DNA of 64,000 nt from Setoptus koraiensis (taxonomy: Eukaryota; Animalia; Arthropoda), in assembly GCA_048013815.1 (NCBI GenBank), contig CM106585.1, forward strand, positions 24,118,001 to 24,182,000, in the 5' to 3' direction. The position numbers were made by a program, and so were the translations under genes. Positions 27,701-41,383 of the stretch are shown here, piece after piece (position 1 is the stretch's first letter; each line of letters opens with the position of its first letter). The notes under the pieces are model-generated. The model had not been told where the DNA came from and searched no databases. It worked only from the letters and a program-made list of their open reading frames with translations.

Positions 27701-30700
27701 GTAATAATAATAATAATGATAATAATGATGGGAGATACAAACAGACGGACGCACGGACACACAAATGATGATATATCTGCATATCTGGCCATGAAACACT
27801 TGATGCAAATGACCTAGAATAGGCCAATAAAAACGAACGATTGGACGACTAACATCGAAATGGAATTAGTTTAACGAACGCATTCTCTCACTCGTTACTT
27901 TGACTTTACTTTTGGCTCTTCTTTTCTGCTCTCGCTGTTGCCGTCGCTCTGACTGTTACTGCTGTTGTTGTTGCTGTTGTTGTTGCTGTTGTATTCCGTT
28001 CTGTTGCATCATAGCACTATCAACTATCAACAAGCATTTGCATATATGCACCTGTAGCAGTAACAACTGTTGCAGTGTATATATGTACACACAGTTTTAG
28101 GGTTTGACTAGACTTTAATGCCTCTAACTCAACTTGTTGTAACCATAACAGATATATATACACATATATCAGTATCATTATATCAATATAGAATTGCGCA
28201 ACACAGCAGCAAAGAAACAAGCACACTTGTTAGTGCAAACATTGAGCTATTGACGAAAGGACTCAACAGGCTGATGCCCAACAGCCGACTATAACAAGCG
28301 CAAGTCAGCGAAATCGTTTTAATTCTAGCCGTTCTACCAGCTAAAACAACTAGCTTCTGCTACGTTATGTGTTACGCAATCGGAATAATACTGGCGAGAC
28401 GTTGCTGAGACTGAGACAGTAAGACTGTTAGAGAGAGAGAGAGAGAGAGAGGGTATCATAAACACAGTTAGCTGGCACCATTTGCATATTAATAGTGGGC
28501 ACTACTCTCTCGTGACATACAAACACATTGATTAGCCAGTGGGCAGCATCCCTATAAGCAACTATAAGCAATCCTTGTCAGAGCGAGTGAATGTAAACAG
28601 GGAAAGAGTTTATGTGTGTGTGTATTTTACAATTGGAGCAGCACCTACTCCAATTGTAATTGATGCTACACAATTGATGGTGCCATTGGCCTTGAAATTT
28701 GTTAATACAATTCACCTGTGTGTTTGTTTTCATTTCATGTCGCTATGTCGCTCATTTTGTCGCTCGTTTCCAATTTCGTCGCTCATTTCATCATCCTTTT
28801 GCTGCGTATAGTGACGCATAATGACGCAAAGTGACGTAAAGTGACGTATAGTGAGGTTTAGTGACGTTTACACACCATCATTCAATCGTTCAGTTGTTGC
28901 TGTCGATTGTCAGTCCGGAAGTGCTTGCTCGAATTCACTTGGACAACAAACAAAAGTTGAGTAGCATGATAATGATATACTCTCCAGATTGAAAACTAGA
29001 TTAGCCATTTGCCATTAGCAGCGATGAACAATTTAATGTCAAATGACACATCACACGACCAATGTCAGACCGCTGTCAATAACTGCTACATGATGTAACT
29101 ACACAACTACAACAGCAACAACAACAACAACAGCGCTTGTATGTTAGTTAACATATTATATTATAGGCATGAGATTCGCTGAGATGGCACATGCAGCTAG
29201 CTCACCTGAGATTGTGCACACCACACAATCTCAATTTATAGCAAGCGCATTCGGCGGGACGATTGCGCAACACTATTGTGGCGATTGTATCGAGTGAGAT
29301 AGAGACACAGGGGGAATTCCCGCGGCGAGCAACATTCTTGCGCGGCACAATCCTCTGGCACATGTGATCCAATTTCCACAAGAAACAACGCAGCACAGGG
29401 GCTCTTTGGCTGTTTATGTTGGCCCTTTGGCTTGGCTCGCCAGTTTGTATTGGCTGCTGTGCGACCACTTGGTCGGCGGCAAAGCAAAAGCGGCCCTCAT
29501 ACCTGAGCTCAATCAGAACCAAAAGAATTGGCTCGACTTGTGCACTTGTGAGAGTCGCAGTAGGACTTAATTGATCAACTGAGACACTGACAATCCATGA
29601 GAGAGGTCGCTGTTGGTCGGCTGTGTTGCGTAATGAGCTTAAATGAGAATAACAAGAGAGCGGGAATCCTTCGTTCTCATCATCGATGATCATCATCGTC
29701 GATGATCACCAGATGAGGATCATCGATGATGCTCATGCTCATGATGACGGCCAGCACGAACAGCCTGCCTGTTAATTGATGGCCACTTGTTGTTGTTGTT
29801 GCTGTCGTTGTTGTTTGGTTGTTGCTGTTGCGGTCTTACCTGTCTGGTCAGTATAAAATAATACTAATAATAGCGAACACACACAGGTGATGATCAATTT
29901 CTCATCAAAGTCGCTTGTCATTCATATGAGACCGATACTGATGGTCGACAGTCTATAGTGGATAGTTTATATTGGACAGTCCACAGTGGATAGTCCATGG
30001 TGGATAGTCCATGGTGGATAGTCCATGGTGGATAGTCCATGGTGGATAGTCCATGGTGGATAGTCCATAGTGGATAGTCTATATGTGATAGTCAGTGGTT
30101 GGTAAGAGAAGCAAGCCGCTCACGATGAGCAGCTAGCGGGTAACGTTTGTTTGCTCGATATTCTCTCACAAGTCACAAGTCAGAAGTCAAAAGTCGGAAT
30201 CTTCTTTTGGGCCGGCCGAGTAAAACTCCAACTGTGTCTAACTGTACTGTATTGATTGACTGATTTCAGTTGGCTCATTTCACTGTGCGTATATGCAGCC
30301 GATATATAGCTAGTCGATATATAGCTAGTCGATATATAGCTAGTCGATATATAGTTAGCCGATTTATAGTTAGCCGATTTATAGTTAGCCAGGCGATCAA
30401 TAAATGAGACACACTCACAGCATCACAATGGCGTCAGCATTAATGATCTTGTTGCTCCTAATCTGGATTGCCACTTGCCAGTTACAATTGGCAAGCTACA
30501 CAGCCAGCCAGCCAGACAATATCTGGCTGCCTGTTATTTGTGCTGACTATTTGTGCTGAGCAGCTCGTAATAACAAGTCGACATTGATCTTCTTTCGCTT
30601 GACCGAAATATTGTTATTATTGACTTGTTAATCTACAATCATCGCTGTTGTATCATAAGCTAAACATATCCCAAACACGCGGACTCCTCAATTCTTTCGA

Positions 30701-32367
30701 GTCGATGCTCTCGAGTCGATAGGCGCAAAAATCATCCTCATGTCAATAATTAACTGGCCTGTTTCGTAGGGTGCTGCGTTTTAAGTTATAACGCAACATA
30801 ATAGTAATAATAGTCACACAACGGGTCGCTCGCTTAAAACACTTGTCAGACAGTTACACAGCACACAGACAGGTGAATCAATGGCTGATTGTAGCATCTT
30901 AACAAACTAAAGTCATAAAGCCGATCAATCTGTACATCAGCTGTACATATACACTGCAGCTATATCAACATATCAATATATCTGATGAGATGCTATATCA
31001 AGACAATGGCCGCTGTCTATGATGCTATTTTGATTGCCTGTCAGCCGTTTGATGGGCATCGGTTTGGTATGCATAGGTGAGTTTGCACAGTGTAAAGTGT
31101 AAATTATCAATTGGTAGATTGGCCTCTCAATACATAGCAGCCAGATAGATGGCATAAATATTAATAGTGGCTCTACTCTGGTGCCCATCATGTTTATGTG
31201 AGATAGTTGTGAGATATAGATATGTCTCACAAGAGCCACTGCAAAACAACCAAAATCATGCCATCTAACAAACTGGCAACACACAAATGAGATATAAAGA
31301 TGTAGTGCTTTTTTATTTGTGCTTTTAGTTGCGTATTTGCGTGCCAAAACTAATCTATTTCACACACGAACACGCCAATACACAGATTATTATGTTATGC
31401 TATCGTTATGTAATAACAAGGGAGCATATCATCAATTTGTTACATAACATATAAATTTAGAATGGCATTGTTGGTGTTGGTGTTGGTGTGTTGGTCATGT
31501 GGCGAACCGTCACATTGTGATCAGAATGTGGCCATAAAAAACTTCATTAGAGTCTTGTCTCTCTTCTCGAGAGTCTCTCTCTCTTTCGCTCTCTCGTGTT
31601 GCCCATGAAACAAGCAAATTTAATGAGCCGCCAACTGTGTCTTGATCAACTGGTCGGCCGAATGATACACTTGTCGGTCGCATTGATTCGGGTTCACTGT
31701 CCAGCGAGTGGCCGCAGTGTCCAGCAAGCGCCTGCAGTGTCAAGCGATTGCCTGCAGTGGACGACGGCGGTCAAGTCCTCAGCGGGCCGCTTGCACACAT
31801 TCTTACATAACACTCTAATGAACAATCTAAGGCTGCCCATATAAACAGGCTGCTGGTCAACGGTGCACGGCGAACAACAATTACAAATGCCGTGGACAAA
31901 ATTTATCTGGCCAACAGAGCGAATAATGAGCCTCACAATGAGCATGACAAGACATAGAGCTTAAAACTTAAAATTAAGTTTAACTGTTCTCTCGCAATTC
32001 TGTTCCCTTCTCGCTTTGTTGTGTCGTGTATCATCTAATTTATTTTGTTATATATATATTTATATATATATGTGTTTTGTATCCGAGCGGCGAGGAGTGC
32101 CAAAAACAACAGAGCCACACATAACAAGCGTAAACAACGCTTGGCCAGAGTTTGGGTCCACCTGTTGTGCTCTGTATCACATGTTAATGAACCAACTAAA
32201 CTTGACTTGTGTTACCTGTCTAAACACGGTTCATACGGAGAACACCCAATTTCGTCGGAGACAAACATGACATGCTTATGACGCCTGCATGTAACAAACG
32301 AGCTGCCGAAAAATGGCGGCGACCATGGTGAGACAGATCGGCTCATGTGGTCATCGACAGCAGCAGC

Positions 32368-32425
<58 letters not shown>

Positions 32426-33366
32426 GGTAGTAGGGGCATAGGATATTGTGGAGCGGCGTGAGTGATGGCCGGCGAAATGATGCTATCGCAATCACTTAAT
32501 CGCATCTTCTTCCTGTTATTAACTGTGTGTGTCTTAGTGAACTTGATTGCACGCTAATTAACCGCCAAGCAACCAAATAATGGCAACACTGAGCTCACTC
32601 TCTTGGCAAGAGCTCACAATGGTCCCATTCAGTCGGTTTGCTTGCATCATAATTAATATATCGCTGCTAATTAAAGGTGACACGCGAAAAAGAAGCGCCA
32701 ATCAAACTGCACATATAATAACTACAAATAACTGTGTATATATACAGGTGCATAATACAGCTAGCGATACATGTGGCAATGGTAAGTGGGCGCAAAAGTC
32801 ACATCGAGTGTTACACTCCGCGAGCACTCAAACAACGCTTAATGATGAAATATTAACATTATTATTATGTCATTCTCTTATGCTGTTCTTATCTATCTTG
32901 GCTGTCGGCTGACTTTTGCACAAAACAAAACAAAACAAAACAAAATAAAACAAAATGAAATGAAACAAAACAATACAACATTGACTTGACAACAACACCA
33001 TAAACTGCCGGTTCCAATGCTGTCTGCTGCAATGATGATTGGTGCTAGACAGCGCCAAATTCACACAAATTACACTTGACATACGGGACATTTGTAAGCA
33101 AATCATATAGCCGGCCGGCTTTGTCGAGCAAGTGCCCTTGTATTGTTTCATCAACATACCGTTACTCTGCACACGCAAATTACATAACATCTCAACAATG
33201 TGACAATAAACTCAGAGAATACACGGCATGATTTCACAGTTGTTTTCGGCAATTGTCGTTGCATGCAAATGTTGCCTGATGTGTCTATTTCCTACTGTAC
33301 ACGCCACTATGCCAGCCAATCTCACTCAACCATCGCTTGTACCTCGAGGGGATCATAATATATATC

Positions 33367-33400
<34 letters not shown>

Positions 33401-36400
33401 TATAATTGCAAAGATGCAAATTCTCTTTCTAATGATTACCGGCAGCCAAAAAGACAGTTACACAAGTTATGTAACTGTATGCATGTATAACTGCACAGGT
33501 AGACAATAACAAAGTCTTTGCTCTTTGCTCTTTGGTCGTCGCTCGTCGGGTTAGTTAGTGGTTAAGCTCATCATTGGCACTAATACAAGCGCTCACTTTT
33601 CGCTCAGGTGATGATACTAGCGTGTTGGTGAGTGTGCCTACTAATTGCTGACTGCTGTAATTCTTGGCTAACATCGCCACTCGTTGTTGTTTGACTTGAG
33701 TGGGGCCGACACTCACATCGACACTCACGCCAATGGACTTTTCAGCAGCAATTGGCTCCAACGACAGAGAGAGAGAGAGAGAGAGAGAGAAAGGGCAATC
33801 CGCTTACACTTCCGGCTCGGCCGACACAACTACAATACTACACACGACTGCACTAACTAACACTGGCATTATGTCGCCGTTGGCTTCCTTTTTCAAGGTT
33901 TGCTGTGTGTGTGCTGAGTGAGTCGATTGACACAAACAACAGCCCATGTAGCAATTCATTGATGGTTACGTAACGCATTCACATTGTAATCTATGTTTTA
34001 TGGAGCTAACAAAGTAGCTGCAAGGGTGCACTAGTTTTGTGCAAGTCGACAACAACAATCAAACACACACACATGATAAGACAAGACAAGACATGGCAAG
34101 ACATGACAAGACATTTCATCATCATTATGGCTGCAAAGGAAGCTGGGGCTCCCGAAGCTGGCACAACGCGTAAACAGCGCATTTGACATTGGCCGCAAGT
34201 GACCACTGCCAACAACAACAACAACAACCACGACAAACACGACGACAGGTGCAATGGTGTAATGCAATAAAGATTACATTGGCTGCTGACAAAGTTTAGT
34301 CGAGTTGCGGCAAAATTATTGGTTGCAAGTTGCTGTTACTGTTGCTGTTGGCGACTTGACCGGCTTGTTGCGTGACAAGCTGACCAAATGGCAGCCAACT
34401 ACCAATTGGCTCTCAGACAGCCGGTCAGTCTCACTGAGCGGCTCAATTTGTGCTGTCGTTGTAGCTGTCGCTATTCTAATACTCGATTTTTAATGCTTGT
34501 GCATAAAAAAAGCAAGCGACAAAGGGAGAGAGTTGAGATAAGTGACCAGATCGTTTTACATCGACAACATCACTTTATGAATATGGTTATACACATCGAC
34601 ATATACATCGACATCGACATCGACACATACATCGACATCAAGTCAAACCGTGGTGCAAGCTTAAACAATGGCCATCACTGACCAGTTGCGATACCCGATG
34701 AACGAGATATCACAACTGGAGCACCAACCAATATGTTCAGTTCAATAAACTCTCAATGGAGGCACCCAACAGACACATTCAACATTCACAGTGATGGTGT
34801 CAGCCCGACAGGTGAATACAACAATTACCTGTTGTTGTTGTTGCTGTTGTATCTTGTTTGTTGTGAGCGTATGGCTGTTTGGCCTAACCTGCATTGGGCC
34901 CTATGTGTTTGAATGTGGCTGAATGGTGAAAAAGTTTGCTAAATCAACTGTCCAATGAGTGGACTGAACTATGAATGAACTATGAATGAGCGTCTCCCAT
35001 TTCTTTCTGGCCCTCGCCTTTGTGGCCTTTTTGGCCCAAAACTAGCGGCCAAATCAGCGAGGTGCCAAGCTTTTTATCAATTGCGAGCTATCAATTGAAT
35101 TGAATTGAATCAACAGGCACACTCACCCACAACCAATCAACTGACCGTTGATTGAATTTGCTGATTGGACAAAAGTAGCTATAGCGAATAACAGTTGGTC
35201 ATCTAGTTTTGTCTCTCGACACAATATGTATGCACTAATTGAATTGTTTGTGTTCATCATTGGCCAGCACCAATGGCCTCATTAGAGGGGACTCGTAATT
35301 TATTAAGTGAGCTCACTTCAACGAAGCTCTAACTTCACCTGTAACAATACAAACTAAAAGAACGAGCTTGGTCACTGTGATGTGATTGATAATAATACAT
35401 ACATAATAATACTCACATGTGAACTAGATATTCACACGTGAACTTTCATCAGGGAGCAACTTTTGTTTCTAATGACAGCAAAACAAGCTGCTTGACACTG
35501 ACCAAATGATGTGTGTGATTGACCTTGACAGCGGTGGGCGCCGTCAAGACCAATCTGCTTGATTGTTTTGTTTCGCTGGCTGCCGTTAGATGGCTAACGG
35601 TAGACTGTTGGTGAGCGACAATTTGAAAGTTAATCGTCAGTCAGTTGGATTTGTGGACTAAATTCAATTTGTTTAGCGTTTAACATATTGAAATCAAGGG
35701 CGCCCCATTGTTCTGTCTTGCACTTCAATTTAGATAACACACAACAATCGATAGATGCAACAACCAATCGACAACCAACGATCAACAGTCGACTTGGTGT
35801 ATTGTGCCACACGCATTCATAGACTTTGGCCCAGAGGAGGCCACTGGCCAGCAATAATATTAAATAATAATATCATGTTTTGATGCATATTGACTGTGAA
35901 TAATACTGGCAATCTCGATGCTGGCCAGTACAGGCAGATACGACACTGGCATAAGTGACATGCGACTATGCAGCATCTACCTGTATGCATGTAGTTCCCA
36001 GGGAAGTGCTGAGACATGGGAATTTGTTTATTGTTAATGTAAAAACTTTTCTTGTAACAACCTTTTCTTGTAAGGTGCTGGGTACTATCGGGTACTGGAT
36101 ACCATTGGGTATTTGTTAGTAGCGGATAGTAGTGGATGGATTAAAGTGTGTTAGTGGTGTGTAAAATGAACAAACGAATGAATGGACGGACGCAACGGCA
36201 GCAACGTGAGACAAACAATAGCATATTTGCATATGTACACATATTTGGGACTATGCATTGTATGCGATGGGCGTCAATTGGCAGCGAGTCAGTTACAGTT
36301 GTATTTCACAAGTTCAGTCGCACTTGTTGCAAGCAAACAACCATTGCGACAAGATAAAAGCCGGAATAATATCAATTTTTCCCGTGCCCTCCAGACATTT

Positions 36401-39400
36401 CCACATATCGACATATTGATGATCAATAGCTATTTGCGCTATTATTATTCGCCAGATATGTCTGTCTGGCCAGGCATATCTGTCCAGATATCTCATATAC
36501 AGATACAGGTGTGTAAAAATATACAGCTATAGACATACAGACCTGAGATATCTGGACAGACAGACAAACGATTGGTATGGTGTGTGCAAATTGTGTGAAA
36601 TACACATTGTGCACTTGTTACAATCATTATTTTGTCTCGGTTATTAATACTATTATTAGCTAATCTCTCACATGGGCTTATCCATTCTTGGTTGTGACTT
36701 TGCTTGTGTTATCAGATACACACACTGGACACGATATGCGAATGCAAGTTTGTAGCGATATTAAATTGATGATTGGACCGTCCAACGAAGCCATTTCCTG
36801 CTGACTGTTGTTACTGGTGCCGTTGTTGTCGCTGGCCAATGTTGCTGTTGCATTCAATTCAAATGTCAAACAACAACATTGGCCGTGAATTTGCTCGCCT
36901 CGCCTGGCTTTTGCTCGCTGTTGCTGTTGCTCTGGCAGCTTTTGCTCGCTCAATGGATAGACGTGTGCAAAAATAGCCCCCAATATAAAAGCAACATAAA
37001 GACTCTTCTCAATGTTGACTACAAAATACAAAGAGCAGTAGATGTGTATCACTGACGCAATTGTTATTGGCATTGATTAATGGTCTCTCTTCTTGTCCCA
37101 TTCGTTTCCCATTGCCCATTGGCCATTTCTGCTGCTTGCTGTGTCGGTCAGCTCGAGTCAGCTGACTGACTGGCAGCATCAGCTAGTTTAACATCATGGT
37201 GTCTTTGAGACCGTTTTGATTCAAAAAACTTTGAACCTTGCCAAGCATCTTTCATTGGCTTTCAGTGGCAACGGGCCAGTCAACGGCGACAAGCCCAGCT
37301 CTAGGCAGGGCGAGCGCACAAACAAACCAACAAACAAACTGCCTTACAAACAAATGACCAGACTCTGATTCACGGCGCACAGGACGACAACAGAGGAAGT
37401 GGCTCCAACAACGACGACAATGCATTCACACAACAACAGGTGATTGTTTCATCGATTGTTGGTTTCGGTTTCACTGTGTTGTTGTTGTTGTTGCTTTTTT
37501 GTCGTCGCTTCGGTCGTGCTCTCTTCTGGTGGAGTGTGTGTTAGTGAGCAGTCATGATAAGAAATAGATAAGATGAGCTGAAACAGAGAGGGAGAGATAT
37601 TTTGCAGGCTGCAGGCTGCAGCAAACAGAGAGCGATGAGATTTATTTGACAAAGTGGAGGTGACATTGATTGACCGCATCTTGGCCAACTGGTCAATGAC
37701 TCCCACTAGCGCCACTTAAGAAGAAAAGCGCCTTGAAAAACTATTGAACACTCTTAAAGCGGATCAACATGTCCGATGACTTTTTGACTAGCTCCACTAG
37801 CTGACATCGCGCCACACCAAACTATAACAACAGCAACAGCAGCAGCAGCAACAACAACAACCGCGACAACGACGACACCGGCAACCACAACGACACCAGC
37901 AACAAGTCAACTTGTCGTATGAATTGAACATACCGACCACATAATAATATTGATATTATATACAAAATGGCCGGCAAAGTCACTACTATTAACTAGCTGT
38001 TGGTGGTGATAATATGCTGAGACTTGTTGCGTATAATAAAAGTCGTAGACAAATTAGCGACAAACACACTATTGGTCAGTTTAGTCTTATTCTCATCTCC
38101 ATGTCTCTTTCTGTCTCTGTCTCCTTGTCCAAACTCCGTGTCTCCATGTTGTGTCCAGTGTGGCTGGTCAGTGTGGCTCATGTCGCTCTTGTCGCTGGTC
38201 TGGCTACTCGGGCGGCTGCAACAGCACAGTCTAGTTCAGTAGTGCAAAATGATTTGTCAAGTGTTGGTCTCAGGTGATTCATTAGTGATTAGTACTGGAT
38301 ACTGTGACCATGTTGTATATTATTAGGCACACACAATGCTAACATTATATACTATATACTATATAAATATATATATATATATATATAAATAAATGATTAG
38401 CCAGCAACACAGCGGCAGTTGGTCACTAGTTCACTAGTTTCCTGACACACTGATACTTTGCTGCAGCACTGATATTTTGTCACACCACAGACACACACTG
38501 CTGGTAATAGTCACGAACATTAACGAATACTAACTCATGCTATCCACTGATAGTAGCGACACACTACGAGCAGTATGGCACTCGCTGTGGAAAACATTGA
38601 GTAAATGACAAAATTACAAAATGAAATGAATCAAGTTGATACAACAACCAACCACAAACACTGCAACATGTATGATTGCATCATTTTGGCCGGCAATTTT
38701 TGTCAGCTTTGCTCGTAAGCTCGTCATAGTTGGCAATATCAAAACAACAACGACAAACACCACACACTGTGACTGTGACTTTGACTGTGTATCATTATTA
38801 TATACTCTGTGTAACAGCCGGCTCAAAACAAAATCAACATGCCATTGGGGTCAGCGAACCGAGCCACAACGAGGGGCCCAACTCTCGCTCTCAGCTCTCT
38901 GTGCTATCTGGCCACTATGGCGAGTCGTTTAGTCAGTGACTAGTCAGCTGACTAGTCGGCTGACTCAGTTGATAGAGCCGTCGATCGCTGATCAGACACT
39001 TGCCACGCACAAGTTGTCGAATGGTTACAATTGGCAGCCAGACACCAAATGCTACCAATTCGCTTGAATCAGCGGACATTGTAAAGTAAATAGCGATTGT
39101 TGTGCTGCGAATCAAAAATTATCAACGGTCGCTTGCAACAATCGGAATCGCAATCGGATGCTGCCCGAAATGGCGCGCTTCATTTACAACTAAATTTGTG
39201 AATCTGGCTTAAAATTAGCGCATTGATGGGTTGCAGTGGCGCAGTTTTGTTCGCCGGTTGCCTTTTTCGCTCAAAAAGTTGCTGCGTCAAAAAGTTTTCC
39301 CTTCGATGCGTTATGGGCGGTTGTGCGGTTGCGAGTTTGTCAGTTTGCAAGCGCAGTGAGTTTGTGCGTTTATGCGTTGCATTTCGTTGCACCAGCAGCC

Positions 39401-41346
39401 ATCATCCATCTTGTTGCACGTCGAGCATTGCCGGTTTCCCGCAAGCTGGTTTACCAATGATGCGATGCCAGGCGATGCGATTTGATGCGATGCGATGCGA
39501 TAAACTAATGCGAGCTGGACGAGTCAAATGGCTAGTTTGGCGAGTTAGTGTGTGAGTGCGCGACAGGCCGACAACCGAGACAACATTATGAGCACACTTC
39601 TCTCGGCACATGCTCATAATGTTTAATGGTGCATTTAACCTTGAGATGAAAGATGATTACTTATATATATATTTATATATATAAACTCTGGATAATATAT
39701 ATCCATTACATCGTGTGCTATTCACTGGTCGCTTCACTCACAAGCTCACAAGTTTGCGTAGCTAGCTTGATGCCAGCATCGCCGGCGAGACACACTGGCT
39801 GTCAATGTGGCGAGACGAGGTGTTGGTCAATGTCGTCTCACCAGGATCATTATTATGATCATGTATTATTATGTAATGGCTATTATTATGTTATCGTTAT
39901 GTTAAAAAGCGTGCAAAAGTAATAATACAACAACTCACTACAAACAATAATAGTAACACAATAATAGAATATAAGCATATAGCACTCACCTTGATAGAAA
40001 AGATTCAAACTCTTCCTGTTGGTCGTCCAAACTCAACTCCAAATCTAAATAGGGACCATACTCGTTGTTACTTTCTACATTTTCATCACGGCCGACACCT
40101 GTTGCTGGCACGTTCGCACTGTTGTTGTTGTTGCTGTTGATGTTCGATTTAACACCACTGTTCACTGAGTAACCATTAACACTCGAATGGTACCTGTACA
40201 TTTGGAGAGTGCAATCTTCAAGCTGTCGATTCATTCGTTTTCATTTGTTTTTCATAGTCGTATAGTTTGTTGTTCGTGTTGTTATTGTTGACATTAGATA
40301 CAACCAATATGAGCACAATGCAGATATACAAAGAAACAGATAGTGAAAAGAGTTGGTTAGTTGCATCATAAACATTATTGATTTGCGCTCAACGATTTGC
40401 CGCTGGCCTCAGTTGCTGGTTGATGGCAACAACAGCAAGTATCAATAAATTAAGATTAAGTATTAGCAAGTATTGATTAACAATTTCAACAACAATCATT
40501 TAAGACAACAACAATCATACACATGATTGTTGACACGATATCATGATGCAAGTATAGCTACTTTGACCACACATTAAGGTAGGTACAATGTAAAATCAGA
40601 TATCAATATGCCCGATATTCAATACAATCATATATCTAATCGGGGGATGAAGCGTCACACAACACGAGAACAGACGGAGAAAGACGGAAAAGAAAAGACT
40701 TACGCGATGTGGAGCACGCAATTGACGATGAAGGGCGCCCAATTGACTTTGCAATGGCACGTCAGAACGAAATGTGAATGTTGTTGGTCTAGTTGGCTCA
40801 GGAAAGTTGCTTATCGCTTGAAAGGGGTCGCGATCGTCAAGATATTGAGCGCGACACTTAAATATGTGCAAACTGTTGCTACTTGATGACGCCGCTGACT
40901 CGTCTTGTCGAGCTGCCATTTCCGACTTTCCGGTGCCATTAATTCCGGTATTAATTTCGGTGTTAGTGGCAGTCGCAAAAGTTGTCGCTGGCAGTGGTGT
41001 TGTTTTTGTTGTCGCTGTTGCTGTTATTGTTGTGGCAGTTGTTTCGCAAATTCTTGATTTTTTTGCATTTGATTCGGGAATTGATTTATTAGGCAGCGAG
41101 GACAATGTTAGCAAGTTGATATCGCTCACACGTTGACTGGCTGCTGCATTTGATTGCACCATTGGCACTGGCCTACTATTAATTAACCTATTACCACTAC
41201 TGACAGTGAAGTTGGTGGTGGTGGTGGTGGTGGTGGTGGTGGTGGTGCTGTTCTTGTGGCTGCTGCTCTGGCATAGAGATCTATTTGAACAATTGGACAG
41301 TGCTGATGGTAAAGCACTTTTATTTGATATTACTGTCACCTGTTGC

Positions 41347-41383
<37 letters not shown>

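Noticed and set aside
33555-33761. Protein-like 68-aa minus ORF ([15 protein letters not shown]...) considered as a FHOD alternative exon
   Set aside because: No ATG (TTG start after a GA run), and its only good donor is phase 0, incompatible with the next FHOD exon (phase 2).
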